From: Neoechinorhynchus agilis
Taxonomy: Eukaryota > Animalia > Acanthocephala
DNA length: 64,000 nucleotides
Reading direction: 5' to 3'
Assembly: GCA_051530055.1 (NCBI GenBank)
Contig: CM121343.1
Coordinates: forward strand, 7,752,152-7,816,151
The notes beneath the pieces are model-generated. The model saw only the letters and a list, made by a program, of their open reading frames with translations. It was not told the DNA's origin and did no database searches. Below, in pieces: positions 35,438 through 48,626 of this stretch; the stretch's first letter is position 1, and the number at the start of each line of letters is the position of its first letter. The position numbers and the translations under genes are program-made.

Positions 35438-38400
35438 ATGAAAAAGGGTACCGAATGTGATTCGACTGGTGAGACCAAAGGAAACGAGGAATATTCTGCA
35501 GTCCAGTTGTCCAAAAATAGCTTAAAATATGGTTCTATAAACAATCGCGATTGTCATTCAATGAGTGACATTGATCCTATCTTCTACGAGAAATTCAAAG
35601 AATTTCTGGAAAACAAGCTACCCCGCTTAAATCTTTCACAGGAAAATATGGCAGATCTCGACGAAAGTGATCTGTTTATGGAGCTGGTGAGGGACATTTC
35701 GAACGAACTTAATGTAGAACAACTATGCCATAAAATACTGACGAACGTGGTCTTGATCAGTAATGCCGATAGGAGTAGTTTGTTTTTAGCTAGAGGCTCC
35801 GCAGAGAAAAGATTTCTAGTGTCGGTTCTATTCGACGTAACACGGAATTCAACTGTCGAAGATACGATCCAAGAGGGTGAAATGCAGATCCATATTCCGT
35901 TTGGTGTAGGCATAGCTGGACACGTCGCCCAAACGAAAAGAGGAATTCGAATCGACGACGCTTACGCTGTAGGTTTTATTATAGATTCGGTCAAAAGGAT
36001 TCGCATTTTGTCGACATAGGACCCGCGATTTAATAAGGAGGTAGACATCAAGACAGGATACGCAACTCATAGCATTTGCTGTATGCCGATATTGAACCGA
36101 AATGGTGATGTTATGGGAGTTGCGCAGTTGATTAACAAGAAGGACAAAGATCACGTTTTTAGCAATAGGGACGTAGAAGTATGTTTATGCATTCATTAAA
36201 AGACTAATTCCAAGAAAATTCCACTTCGGGTCTTCGAAAATTATTTGACATTTTGTGGAATAGGGCTTTATAATGCCCAACTATTTGAAACTTCGATAAA
36301 AGAATGTAGAAAAAATAAGGTATGCTATACAGAATTGCTTTAAGATTGATGTGAAATACTTCAAAAAAAATTAATTTAGGTTCTACTTGATATGACCAGA
36401 AGTATTTTTCAAGATCAGACCAACATTGATGATCGCGTGAAGCTTATCCTTGAAGAGATATCTGGGTTGATAGAATGCTCACATTGTATTGTTTTTCTTT
36501 GCAATGATTTTAATGTACATTTTTTTGAGATTGATTACTTCATTTATTGCTCGTATAGAGCATCAAGACAGATTTTATAAAAGGATACAAAATTGGCAAA
36601 GGGCAATCTTTCGAGTGTATAAAGTAGTATTTTCCATAATTTCATTGAATAGCAACATCTTTGTAGGGAACCTGAACTCAATGGATCTATTGCAGCAAAA
36701 ATAGGATCAACGTTATTGGATTCCAATCATGATTACGTGATTTTGGATCAATCTGAAATCGAAAGTTATTTGGGTGGTGTCGCCGATGAGGTTACATTAG
36801 ACCTCAGGTGTAAATCGTTATTTTTCATTACCATTTAGGATATAAGGCAAAACATTTCAAAGGGTCAAATCAAGGATTTGTTGTGTATAGCGATTCGTAG
36901 TGAGACAAAATTGCATATTGGTGCAGCTCTCACCATCAATAAGGGATGCATGGAAGTATTTAATGCTGAAGATGCAGAACTTTTACAGGTAGGTTATTTT
37001 ATGACTAAAGTGGCATTTATCTTTAATTTAAGGCCTTTGGCATATTTTGTGGCATCGGAATTTATAATTCTAAAATCTACGAAGACTTGCAGGCTGTAAA
37101 TGCAAAACAGCGGGTTGCACTGGACGTACTGTCTTACCATACGACGGCTGATGAGAAAGATGTATTCGCATACATGGCTAAACCTACTCTAAATTTAAGT
37201 TCCATAATGAGCGATCAGCTGAACTTTAATGATGAAATTCTAACTGATGATCAGACGGTAATGTTCGCCGTTCAAATGATGGAAGACCTGGGATTTGTAA
37301 GGATATTTAATATTAAACTAAAGGTGTTCTTCTATTATCCATTTGCTTCAATGGAATATCGTATTTCTTTAGGTACTATACAGCTACGTACTGACCGTAA
37401 AGAAGAACTATAGATCTGTTACATATCATAATTGGAGACATGGATTGAACGTTACACAAGCAATGTTCATGATACTTAAGGTAACGAGTGCTAGTGAAGA
37501 TCATTTGCTATATAAACCTTTTAGTCATTAACGAAAATTGAGTTTACAGAACTGGAGAAGTTTGCATTGATGATTGCATGCCTTTGCCACGATCTGGATC
37601 ATCGAGGAACCAACAATGCATTTGAATTTAAGATTGAATCGCCGCTGGCTATGTTATATAGCTCATCTACACTTGAGCATCATCACTTCGATCAATGCGT
37701 CATGATCCTCAATAATGATGCCAACAATATTGCAAAAAGCCTAAACGAGGAACAGTACCGTCTCCTCATAGATTACATGGAAGATGCTATATTGAGCACG
37801 GATCTTGCAGTTTATTTTAAGTACGAACAATATTTTTCTATATTTTGTTGTTTTTATCACACCGTGCTGCCGCCGCCTAGACGACGGGAAATATTTCGAT
37901 CGTACGTAGCCGATAATGCTGTCGATTGGGAAAGAGAAGGCAGAAAAAAGGTTTTACGGGGGATGCTAATGACTGCGTGCGATCTAGCGGCAATATGTCG
38001 TCCCTGGAACATTCAAGAAGCAGTTGCACATAGGGTGGCAAACGAATTCTTTGAACAAGGTGACATTGAAAGGCAAAAGCTAAATATCGAGCCAATTGTA
38101 AGTGCGTGATAAAATCCGGAGGGATGTTTAAATAGCTTGCGACAGGCAATGATGGATCGCCGTAAAAAAGACGAGCTTCCTTCGATGCAAGTTGGTTTTA
38201 TACAAAATGTTTGCATTCCTCTCTATGAGGTAAACGAGCTAAGATTTTTAAGGAACGAAACACTGTGTTTTTAAGGTATTGGCTAAAGTTGATCCAGTTC
38301 TAGAGCAGCTTCTGAATAGCTGTAGAGAAAATCAAGAACATTGGAGTCGCTTGGACAAGGAGCGTATTGAATTAGGTCAACATATTTATTATACACACGC

Positions 38401-38700
38401 ATTTACATGACTTTTCACGAGTACTTTGATTTTCAGGCGAGCTTCAATTACCGACTACCCTTGATAAGCAAGATGAATTTTCGGGTAATGATATAGATGT
38501 ACGCTACCACTATCGTGCCATTTTGAATGCCCTACGATCCATGTTTTCAGATAAAATGCAAAATGACAATACCAACTGTTCCATACAAATCACCAGGGCA
38601 GCAGAGTTTAGAAACAAGCGATAAAAATGCAAACCAAGTTCATAAGGATCATAGTTGCCTTAAAAAGCTTTCGTGCATGGATGCGTGTTTGTTAATTTAA
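35438..38700 (+). CDS. PDE6: cGMP phosphodiesterase, GAF-GAF-catalytic, PDE5/PDE6-like with C-terminal CaaX
   Basis: GAF-A (ADRSSLFL...[16 protein letters not shown]), [47 protein letters not shown] last exon at 38551-38700 ends DACLLI*. The PDE5/6/11 assignment needs phylogeny. Confidence 0.88.
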
Positions 38701-38815
38701 AAATCAAATAAATATGAACACAGTCGTAGAATTGAGAACAACATTAGAATAAGTATTCAGCAATTTATGTATTGTCGCAAAACCACGGGATCTTTAAGCA
38801 ATAGAATCGCACGCG

Positions 38816-41667
38816 CTAACAGCACCTTTGTCTTGGCTTAACGTCCCTTTTGATATCCTGGCCTTTAAATTGTCTGGGTACTTTTCTTAACCGCTGTAAC
38901 TGACTAAGCAAACATTCAATAGACGGTGCTAAAGTCACCTTACAAAAAATCAGTAGGCGTACCTAACCAACTCAATGAGGATGTCATTAACATTAAGACC
39001 AGTTCGTGCACTTGTTTCGATGAAACTTACTTTAAGATCATGTGAAAGTTTAGCGCCAGCCAGCCTCGAGACCATGTCGACGTCCGATTTAATGCGGAGA
39101 TCCAACTTGTTTGCAACTAACACAACTGGAACTATGATCTCTAGCGCCCCCTTCGAAAAAAGTGCGTAAACTTTTGACCACTGAAATCCATTATTTTTAC
39201 CTGAATCTCCTCAATCCAAAATCTCGTCGATTTAAACGATTTATCATTCGTCACGTCGTAGACAAGCACTACACCATCGGCTCGACGATAGTAAGAACGA
39301 CTTAAACACCGGAATCTTTTTATCGAGAAACGTGCAAAAGAATGAAAAATATGTGATCTACCAACCTTTCTTGCCCCGCAGTATCCCATAAATGGATAGT
39401 AATTTGTTGTCCATCGAATACCATTTGTTTTGCAAAGAAATCGACACCTAGGTTTTAATTGCGATTCTCAATTAAAAGCTCCACCAGGAACGAACCTAGT
39501 GTTGCTTTAGAAAACTGCGAAAAATCGTCTCCACAAATAGTTTTTATTAAGGAGGTTTTGCCGACACTCGAATCACCGAGAAATATTATTTTATAGCTGT
39601 TAGCTTTAGGCAAAGACTTCATTTTACGTTTGGGTGCCACCATAAACACAATTAAAATCTTGAAATATGGTAGGAAAGTTAACTTACCGTATAAATATCA
39701 TCACTTGGTGAAGTTCCTTCTTTTCCGGTCGGACTTGGTGGCAACGAAAATGATTCAATTCCGAAAAAAACGCCTATTGCGGAGAATATGTCAAGGACAT
39801 TTCATTTTTTGTATTTTGCATAATTTCCTAGCCCGGTCAACAAATGAAATTCGAAAAAATTGTTTAAGGTGGCAAAACTAACAAAAAAGCGTCGCAACAA
39901 TATCAAGGTAACCCATGTAAACTAATTGATACTATGCCAAATAAAACTAATTTTTTAGGCGTTATGGAATAGTTCGAATTTTCCGATATTAGCGCAGATT
40001 CTGAAGGCCGAATTAAAATGTACTAACATGCACGTTTAGCGTTCATGCAAGGCGGTATGATGGTGTGCCCAGCCACGAGCTAAGGGAACATTTAGATGAA
40101 GTTTTCATTAATGGACATTGCCGTACGGATGGGTTGGTTCTTCAAAAAGCAACCGGAAATCGGGTTTGCTGTAAAATGATACATTGGAATTGCCGCATTT
40201 TCGATTTTATCCCAAAATCCTTTTGCTCACTATTTTTTTCAGCCATTTTAATGAGATTAGTATCGTCCATGTTTACATGACATTGTGGTTCGGAACCCCG
40301 AGTATGAACGTTATTCGGTATAGAATGGTCTGAAACCTGTAAAAACGGGTTTAATTGGAGGAGCGTTTTGAATAGAAGCTCACGGTTGAATAGAGTCGAC
40401 TTCCATTACTTCCACATAAAACAATTTGACTTTTGAGCAAATCATTCTCATCCAATAGTTTGCTGTTACTACAACTGTTGTTGCCTTTATAATATGCTAA
40501 AAAACAAAAAAAGACTAACGTGAGAAGAGTGAGTTGATCACGTAACACTTCGTTCTGGTCTAGTAAAGATCGATTTATCATCTCTTTGGCATCTCGTATC
40601 TCATCTAGATTTTCCAATAAAGTAGTTTTAAGCTGTTCTAACTTCTCAATTGCTTTAAAAAACGTCGTTGAGCATAAACCCTCTTCAAAATCATCGTCAT
40701 GGCTTGACAGACTTTTGGATTTTGAACTCGAGTTAGTTTTCCCCTCAACCCAGTTAGATCGGCGGATCTATACCACAAATTACACTGAACCATGGACATA
40801 TACTTAAAGCACAAAAGGCTTGCCTCTGCTCCCATGTAGTCGTTAGCTTGAATTGCTTTTTGATATTTGCTTTCCAAATCTGCTAAACTTTTGTCATATC
40901 GTGTCCGCTCCTTTATAATACTGAAGTCGAAAGTATATATGGAACTTTTACCTCCTTTCGAATGCAATGTTCTCGCCTAGCATTTTCTCTTTCATTATCT
41001 TCCTCGAATTGAATTAATTTGGTGTTAGCCATATCTTTCTCTCTTAAGAAATAATAGATTTGTCATCAAAGTCTAAAAAAACGCCTACTCCCAGTATACC
41101 GCTTAATGGTTTGAGAAAGTCGCTTGATTTCCAAGGCTTGTCTCTCTACTTCCTTGAGTAACCCATGTAGAACATTTTGAAAGCCGGTTTGAATGCCAGG
41201 CTCAATTCCATCATGCAGCAATGAATTAAGATTGCGAATTTGTTCATAGCTAAAATAAGATTTAGCTGCTCGAAATTCCTTGTGAACCCACAAAGAAGTG
41301 GAGCCAATGGAGTAAGGGTTGATGTTGTTGTTGGCACTATGATCATTAGGGTCCGAGAGAGCGCTATGAACATCAGAATCTTGATCGTCTGATGTGTTTA
41401 ATTCTGTCCATTAAAGAATGCCAAATGCTTCTTTGTTTATTAGTGGTAATACGAACCTTGATTAGGAGGCGTTTGCATTTCAAAATGTTCACTATCCGGT
41501 TGTATAGAGGGGATTTCTTTACCTGACCATCCGCTGTGTGTGGTGTATCGAGGTACAAGGCCAATGAGAGCAATTTGTTCATGATAAGACTTGAACATCT
41601 GACGCCCAATCAAGCCTCCTTTTGCTGTAACAGCGCAAGCGTAGGCGCCGGGTGTGGAGATGATCAC
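38816..41667 (-). CDS. RASEF: RASEF/Rab45-like large Rab GTPase (coiled coil plus Rab domain, CC terminus)
   Basis: Coiled coil FQNVLHGLLKEVERQALEIKRLSQTIKR, GDSSVGKT, WDTAGQER, RSYYRRADG, ANKLD, ETSAR. The spliced end is RQRCC* (stop 38816-38818). The 5' end is unresolved. Confidence 0.82.
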
Positions 41668-42699
41668 TTAGAAATGCATGTGAAAAGTAACTTCTACTAA
41701 TATGGCTGCTAATCAGATTCATATAACGCCACGCAGAACAAAATAACTTTACATGCAGCGTTAAATATAATTGAATTTTTCATCAGCTTCAAAGTCTCAT
41801 ATTAGTAAGAGAAAAAAACGAAGCGGTACGCCATGAATACTCATCGCCCCTAAAAAAGATTCTATAATGCTCCAAGTGCATAGGGAACACAGTTCTGTCG
41901 CTTTTTCTATTTGCATATCCACGATCTACTTTCGCTTTCAACCTAAGAGTTCTCAACAAGACAGCGAATAGTCAACGAGCACTAAGAAAACTAACTGGAT
42001 AACCATTGCTAAAGGTGGCGCATTCCATACAGTATCGGTTTCATAATTCTGAGAGAACCTATTGACATTTACTTCATTTTTCAGTGCCAACTTTTTTGAT
42101 CTGTGTGTTTCGTTTAAGAATGTGACCGGTTTGCCAATGTGACGCTGGGTTGTGGACCGAAGCAACGTCGAAAACAGGTACTAAATCTACATTATACCAC
42201 CCTGTGAAGTGAACACTTCGTCATTGCTGAAGCCAGCAGTAGTATTGGCGATTACGACAAACTGAACTTTGCAAAATATAAAGAACGCTAACCGTTTGGC
42301 GTTGCCCGAGAAAGCTTAATAAAGAATGGACAATAAGTATACTCTATAATGCGCAAAATAAAAATATTCAAACTCTATAATCTGACCAATTCAAAAATCA
42401 ACGCCGTTATTATTATGTTAATTCGACGCTACTATCAATGGGCATTCCTTTGCGGTCTTCAATTTCATTTGATCAAATGCTAGTATTTTGTCCATAACAA
42501 CGATCATTTCGCAAACGGCGAGTTCAGAATCATTCTTACAATCTTACATGTCGTTCACCACTATGTAAATAATCTCTTCCAATTCGAATCAATATCGATT
42601 AGAAAAGATAGACCCGACGATTTGAATTTAACAACAAAATTTTCGCTTTCTAAATAACTCGGAAGCCAAATATATTGCATGTACATAAGTGTAACTTCA

Positions 42700-44290
42700 G
42701 TTCAAATTAAAGTTCTTTTGATTGAAAAGACAACATATCCCGAGGAGCAAAAATCATTTACACCACAGTTTTGGATCACTCAGCTGCCGTCTTGATGTAA
42801 CGATCGAAAGGACGGATGCAGCGTTCCCTCGTTGCACTGCCAGAATTATGTTTTGTAGGAGGAATTCTCCTGATCTCGGATCGCCAGTGATTCGTCTGAG
42901 TCTCTTGGACAATTGCTTGACCAGGTCCTGTGCCTCGGTACCAAACAACCCGAGCGTCTTCAGGTCCCTGTATTTGGTCCTTTTGCGGTCCTCAGCGGCG
43001 GTTGCTGCTCCTCCTGGTTTAATAGTGACGAATTTTATGTTGCTGACTGCGAGCGTGTCCACGAACGTGGCGTCCCACAGAAGGCACTTTCCTCGCCACG
43101 GGAATACTGTGACACCATCCGGTCTACGGCCATCGAGTCGGCAAATATTGTTCGGCTCTAGGATGTTGGGCGCATTAACAGTATTCAGGGCACGACTAAG
43201 AATTGCGTTCATTTCGGCGTGTCGTGAGTACCTCCCGCCTGATTGCCGACAGACGAGACCATGGCGTCCCTACGGATCCACAGTCGCTCCGCAGCGGCAG
43301 CGATAGGATGTGCACATCGATACCTAAAGTCTCAGGGACACTGCAATCCTTACTGTCTCGTTCGAGAGAAGGGTACCCACAGAAGCGATTGGGATAGCAT
43401 TGAACCAAGCACCCGATTCCCTTGTAGAGACTGTCGCTAATCGATTTCGGTTCACTAGGTCACAAGAATCTGAAATTAAAGAGTTATGAATTCTCGCTAC
43501 CAGGGGTGAGTCCCAAACTGATTGTTTGCAACCATTGACGGGGACCTGCTCGCTGTCTGAATCTCCACACCAAAGATTAAGCGAATCTACGATATCTTCA
43601 TCCAAAGTATAATTCTCGCGAAGAACGGATTGAACTATTTTGCGGCTTGCTTCATACAATCCCAAGTAAGGTGACAGAGAAATATCGGCAGCTTTTCGGA
43701 TATCCAAACTGCCGGACGACACAGACAAGGACGCTTGACGCCAGGCCTCGTCCGACAGTTGAGTATTTAAAATTTTCTCGATAGAGGCTTTCACCGTCTC
43801 GTCTAATTTTTGCCAGCTTATCCTTATGTCTAAGAAAGGTGCTGTGGGCAGTTTATACAACGATTTTGGAACGAAGAGGGTTTTCTTGATCAGAAAAAGA
43901 GCCTCGTGTGAAGATAATTCATCATCTCGTTCGCACAGCAAAGAAAGTTACGGGTGAAGATTGGCAATGTCTGCTTCAACATTAGAACCAAAAAAATGCA
44001 GCTTCCTAGAAGACGCAATCGATCTAGAGTGATCAATTCTATCCCCGGGCCAGGTTCTGAAAATCTTTAACGACAGTTTGCCTGGACGCCTCATCTTCAG
44101 CCTTAATCACTAAAATCTCGCATTTCACAACAATCAATGCCAATTATCGCCGTCTTCTTTCACGAACGTCTCCAAATCGTGCAGTAAAACAGAGGGGTAA
44201 CCTCCGAGCGTGGCATCGTCCGGGTACCAGCCGCTAAAGCTGGCCTGTAGAGAGTGCGCGACAGGATTGATTGTGAGTGAGAAGGCTAGC
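42700..44290 (-). mobile_element. CRE-clade non-LTR element, 5'-truncated in RT, decayed
   Basis: WYPDDATLGG (RT), HEALFLIK, AWFNAIP, RRPDGVTVFPW, VQRGNAASVL. Confidence 0.9.
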
Positions 44291-44949
44291 CCAAGGAACA
44301 AAATTATCAGCCGTGAAAAAAGCTCACTTGAACGAAGAATAAATGTAACCGGGTAATTAGACTTAAAAAGATAAAATAATTCCATTTTATTTAGTTATCA
44401 TCGCAAATAGATAAAATTACATATTAAATCGAGGTTGCGTCAATAACCAAAGCAGACATTTTAAACTAAAACCAAACTGACCATCGCAAGTCTTAGTCCA
44501 AGATTTTCGTTGATAGAAACAAAAAATATACAATAAAAAGGATAAAAAGTATGACGATCGGAAAAGTAAAACTATACGTCACGTATTTCATGAACACGTC
44601 ACCGCGGAGAAACCACGTGTTCCCTTTTCGGTCCTCCCGTTACACTTACGTAGGGTTTCTGTTGTATGTATCAAATTTGCAAAGAATGGCCAAATTTCAG
44701 AAATACATTTTGATTAGATTGAAAACTCGGAAATGCGCAAGTGCATTAACCTGAAGATCGTAATATTGAAAGGAAATTAGTCTGGATGCTAAATTCGGAA
44801 ATTTGTGGGAAAAGATTGCACTTCATCAATGAAAAATCGTTCACTTTCTACAAAACTTCGGAACACTGAGTATTCAGAGAAGTGAGGTGCTATCTCGAAT
44901 ACTGGCAAAAAGGTGATAAAAATATGCTGTTAATTAATTCAACCTTTGA

Positions 44950-46440
44950 CAACATCATTTCGAGTTGATCCTATCACTACCATAACCCCACGTCCTACCC
45001 CGATCTTCCAGGGCATTTAATTTCAATCAAAGTTGAAACAGGACTCACACATCACTCTATCCCTCAAGCGCAACACTTTTAAAATTTATCTCCTTAAACG
45101 CCTCCGACATTTAGGAATCCCTTCACCCGATCTCTACAAATTTTGCTTCTGATTTATCGTTCCATCCCCAATCATAAATCTAGCGTCTTGAAATTCTTCA
45201 TAAAAGAGCATCTAAAATTTGCACAACCGACTTTTCTCCTCTCACCGAATGCCTTGATACTATTTTCATAAAACAATCAAAACGCCTCTCAACCCTACGA
45301 CCACAATTTCTTCCACATATCACCCCTTTTTACACGAGCACAACACTCGCAATCCCAATTCGTTTCATCCTCCTTCGACCTCGAAACTCCCTATGCCTCC
45401 GTTCCTTTTTCCATAACAACAACATTTCTTTGAACTTTTCTCTCACTTGAGAGGTCGTTCTTTTCAGCATTGTCGTTTTTCGTCTTTGTTCTCCTTTCCC
45501 AGCGTCTTGAAATCTCCGCTCACACTATCCTTCCACCTCTTCTTGGGCCTCGATCTTCTCCTTTTCCCCTCGAGCTCGATTCTCGTGTCACCTGCAGGTT
45601 CCATCGCATCCGCCTCTTAGCGATTGCCTCCTCGATCGGCTCGACAGCAAACAGCTTTCGCACCTCCTAATTGGGCACTCGATCCTTGCGTGTCAATCCT
45701 GCGGACCATCTCAGCATCCGCATTTCGTTGATGGCTAATCGTTGAACGTCTTCCTTCTTCGTAGCCCACTTCTCTGCTCCATGGAGCATGGCGGTTCCCA
45801 CTACTGCCTTGTACACCCGCCCTTTGAGCTTGTTCGAAAGACGCTTATCGCAGGGGATGCCTGTTGTCATCCTCCAGTTATTCCACACGCATTGAACTCT
45901 TTGTCCGATCTCACATTGCATGTTCAACAGGCTGCCCAAATATTTGAAGATCTTTTCGATCTGAGTTCCTTGCCTGTTCACCCTCAATCCGTTGCTTTCT
46001 AATCGCTGTCGCCAACTCTCCAGCAAATTCCTGAGCGTGTCCACATCCCTAGCTGTGAGCACCAATTCGTCCGCGAATAGTATCATCCATTTCTCTTTCC
46101 GCATTTCCTAGGATGTCCATCACGATCGTGAACAAGAATGGGCTCAGGGCCGAACCCTATTGCAAACTCACGGACTCGGAAATAGTCGGTGGTTCTGCTG
46201 TGGCATCGAACGTAGGTGTAGCACTCTCGATCCGTTCCTTTTCCCATACTGCCCAATATTCTCGGATATCAGAACTTGAAATGAACTTCCCACCAGAACG
46301 GACATTCAAACCCGCCCGGACTCGTAATCCACTGCAAAATAAACAGCTACATTCATTTTTCCTCTAAGAACTCGAGTTTTCATGAGGACCCAAAGGTACA
46401 TGGCTCCTATTCCTTGTTCAATAATAAAACGTATTATTAT
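44950..46440 (+). mobile_element. CR1/L2-like LINE 3' end split by an RTE insertion
   Basis: YLLKRLRHLG...HNTRNPNSF up to 45415, resuming at 46231 and ending in the family hairpin (46384-46408). Confidence 0.8.
45416..46230 (-). mobile_element. 5'-truncated RTE-clade LINE with 18-bp target-site duplication
   Basis: GSALSPFLF, ILFADELVL, FKYLGS, KGRVYKAVV...EMRMLRW. TSD tccgttcctttt(t/c)ccata at 45398-45415 and 46231-46248. Confidence 0.9.
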
Positions 46441-47177
46441 CCTTGGAAGGTCCGAGACATCCAATTGATGGAATAATTACAATAATATGACAATCACATA
46501 AGTTTTGTTAAAAGTTGTGCCGTTACAGAACGCTGCTGCCCATAGGGCAGAACGATAGAAGACTTCGAAAATTCTGACTTAAAATTGGCGTTTTAAGTCA
46601 GTTCAAAACAGAAAAATTTATTCGGAAATCTTTATTTCCATAGGGCGCAACTTGTATGGGCGTGATTGTATTAATTCTGGTGCGTCAAAAGAACTCAAAT
46701 CAATATTGTAACTCGGAGGACACGATTAGAATCCGATTACATGGCCACCAGGAAGTACTTATTTGGATGTCGTCGTTTCTAAGCTGCCAATCTCTTATTG
46801 GTTATTGCAGCGACAAAAGATCAACCACCATAGGAACCACAGGGAAAGTATTCGCTTTCATCCGAGGCTGCATGATGATACATCCATAGCTAATGGACTT
46901 TTAATGGAGCATTTGAAAACGCGGTCAAGCAGTTTGTTATATTCGTTTTAGTTGCCAATATTGACCGTGTTACTTTGGGTGAGCTAAAATTATTGGATTC
47001 TTTCGTACTTATAAGAATTACCACGACACAGATGCTAATTGCACAAGTGATCATTTTATCGTATTAACATTTGAAGAAATTCAATTTTTAATTGTCTACT
47101 ATGTTCGTATCTTACCGTGAGTTAACGTAATCGCTTTTCCTCCTGTATTTTCGTTTGAACGTGTACATATTTGGAAG

Positions 47178-47594
47178 ATGAAAGAAGATAATGAAGAAAT
47201 GATCAAAGTCAACACCGGGTCCGATTCGGTCAATGATCAACAACCGCTTCTACGTCGCCGTTTAATAAAACCCGTACCAGTTAGAGGGACTTCGTTGATT
47301 GCCGGACAAGATGCATTGAATCTTTCTGCTTCTACGAGAACGCTGACTCCCGTGATGAATAGTCAATTCCTTAGTTTCAATTTAGGTGAACAGAGCAAAC
47401 GTCCATATTTGGATTTTAGAAAGGCTTGTGCAGCCACTTTGTATCCCACAATGCCGGATTCACCGAGCCCCGTCAAATTTACGAGCATGTTGATTGATTA
47501 TGAGGAAACGGCCGAAAGCGGTTCGTGGCGCCGCTCTATGGCTGATCTAGACCTTAGCGAGATTGAAAACGACAATTCATTCGACCGCTATTGA
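47178..47594 (+). CDS. 138-aa low-complexity protein with a FAM53-like RPYLDF motif
   Basis: ATG-initiated ORF containing KRPYLDFRK, which resembles the FAM53 RP(S/Y)LDFxK motif. The rest is not recognisable. Confidence 0.5.
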   Translation: MKEDNEEMIKVNTGSDSVNDQQPLLRRRLIKPVPVRGTSLIAGQDALNLSASTRTLTPVMNSQFLSFNLGEQSKRPYLDFRKACAATLYPTMPDSPSPVKFTSMLIDYEETAESGSWRRSMADLDLSEIENDNSFDRY

Positions 47595-48215
47595 CTCTCC
47601 TGAATAATCTCTTTTCCTGTTTGGATTTAATTGTGCCTCGATGTGCCACTAGAACGATGATGATCATCAACTTTCCATTCTGAGTTTTAGCTTAAAATCA
47701 ACCATTAGTTTGGCTTTATGCCAAGAACTAATCGGCTGACGCATTCAATAATCAAGCAAAGAAACCCTGGGTTGTTATTATATCTCATTTACTCTTGTTG
47801 AATCGCAATTAAGACAAATAGTGATTATTTCGGAATATATTTTGATCTTAAGCAAAGCTAGACTTTCGTTTCGCTGCTTCTAATTTTCCCTCAGCTAGTT
47901 CCTGCTGATGGTTCCTAAAATGATCTTAATACTGATACAAGCAAAAATGAACTCAATATGAAAAACCTCAAATAGTCCTTATTTTAAGTATACGAAAATT
48001 CTTCCTTCCGTCAGTTGGCAAAAAGTTTACACTTGAGTTAAACCCCGCAAATGTGAGCAACCATCGTCTTTCGGCAAAATCTTTGCAATCCTGACTACTT
48101 TTTAAACTGAATCAACAAAAATGACTTTGGCAAAAGAACAAAACTATCAAATCGCCGTGAACACCACGTCAGTTTCTAGGACGAATTAATTTAGTGAAAA
48201 ACTTGCGAAACAATA

Positions 48216-48258
48216 ATTGACTGAAGAAGTCCAATGTGACTGGACGAAATGTTTCAAT
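48216..48258 (+). ncRNA. Solo Penelope-type hammerhead ribozyme (same family as 4009-4050)
   Basis: auuga-CUGAAGA-a-gucca(augugac)uggac-GAAA-UG-UU-ucaau, with 5-bp stems I and II. The downstream ~30 bp also match the 4.0-kb copy. Confidence 0.7.
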
Positions 48259-48626
48259 CATTCTTTGGTATATAATTTTTCCTCACTTCCACAGACTCGC
48301 GTATCGTACATATTGATTCATTGTTGATCCGCGGACTTCAAGTATAACTTTCGCCATCTTATACCTGATTAGTATTATCATTGCTATTTCGCGGCCTAAT
48401 GACTTCTGGGTATACCATGTACAAGCACTATTGAGCGATCGCTATTTTTTAATATTTTGTGTCTGCCACGTACAAGACGGTGCAATCGCACTTAATTCCA
48501 GTTTTTAATTTCTTTCGTATTTCAAACGCGGAATCACAATTGTTGACGTAAGTAATCTATTCGAAAACGGACGGCGATAATAGCACGGAAAACGTCATAA
48601 AAGTAGTGAGTTTTAATAGAATAATT

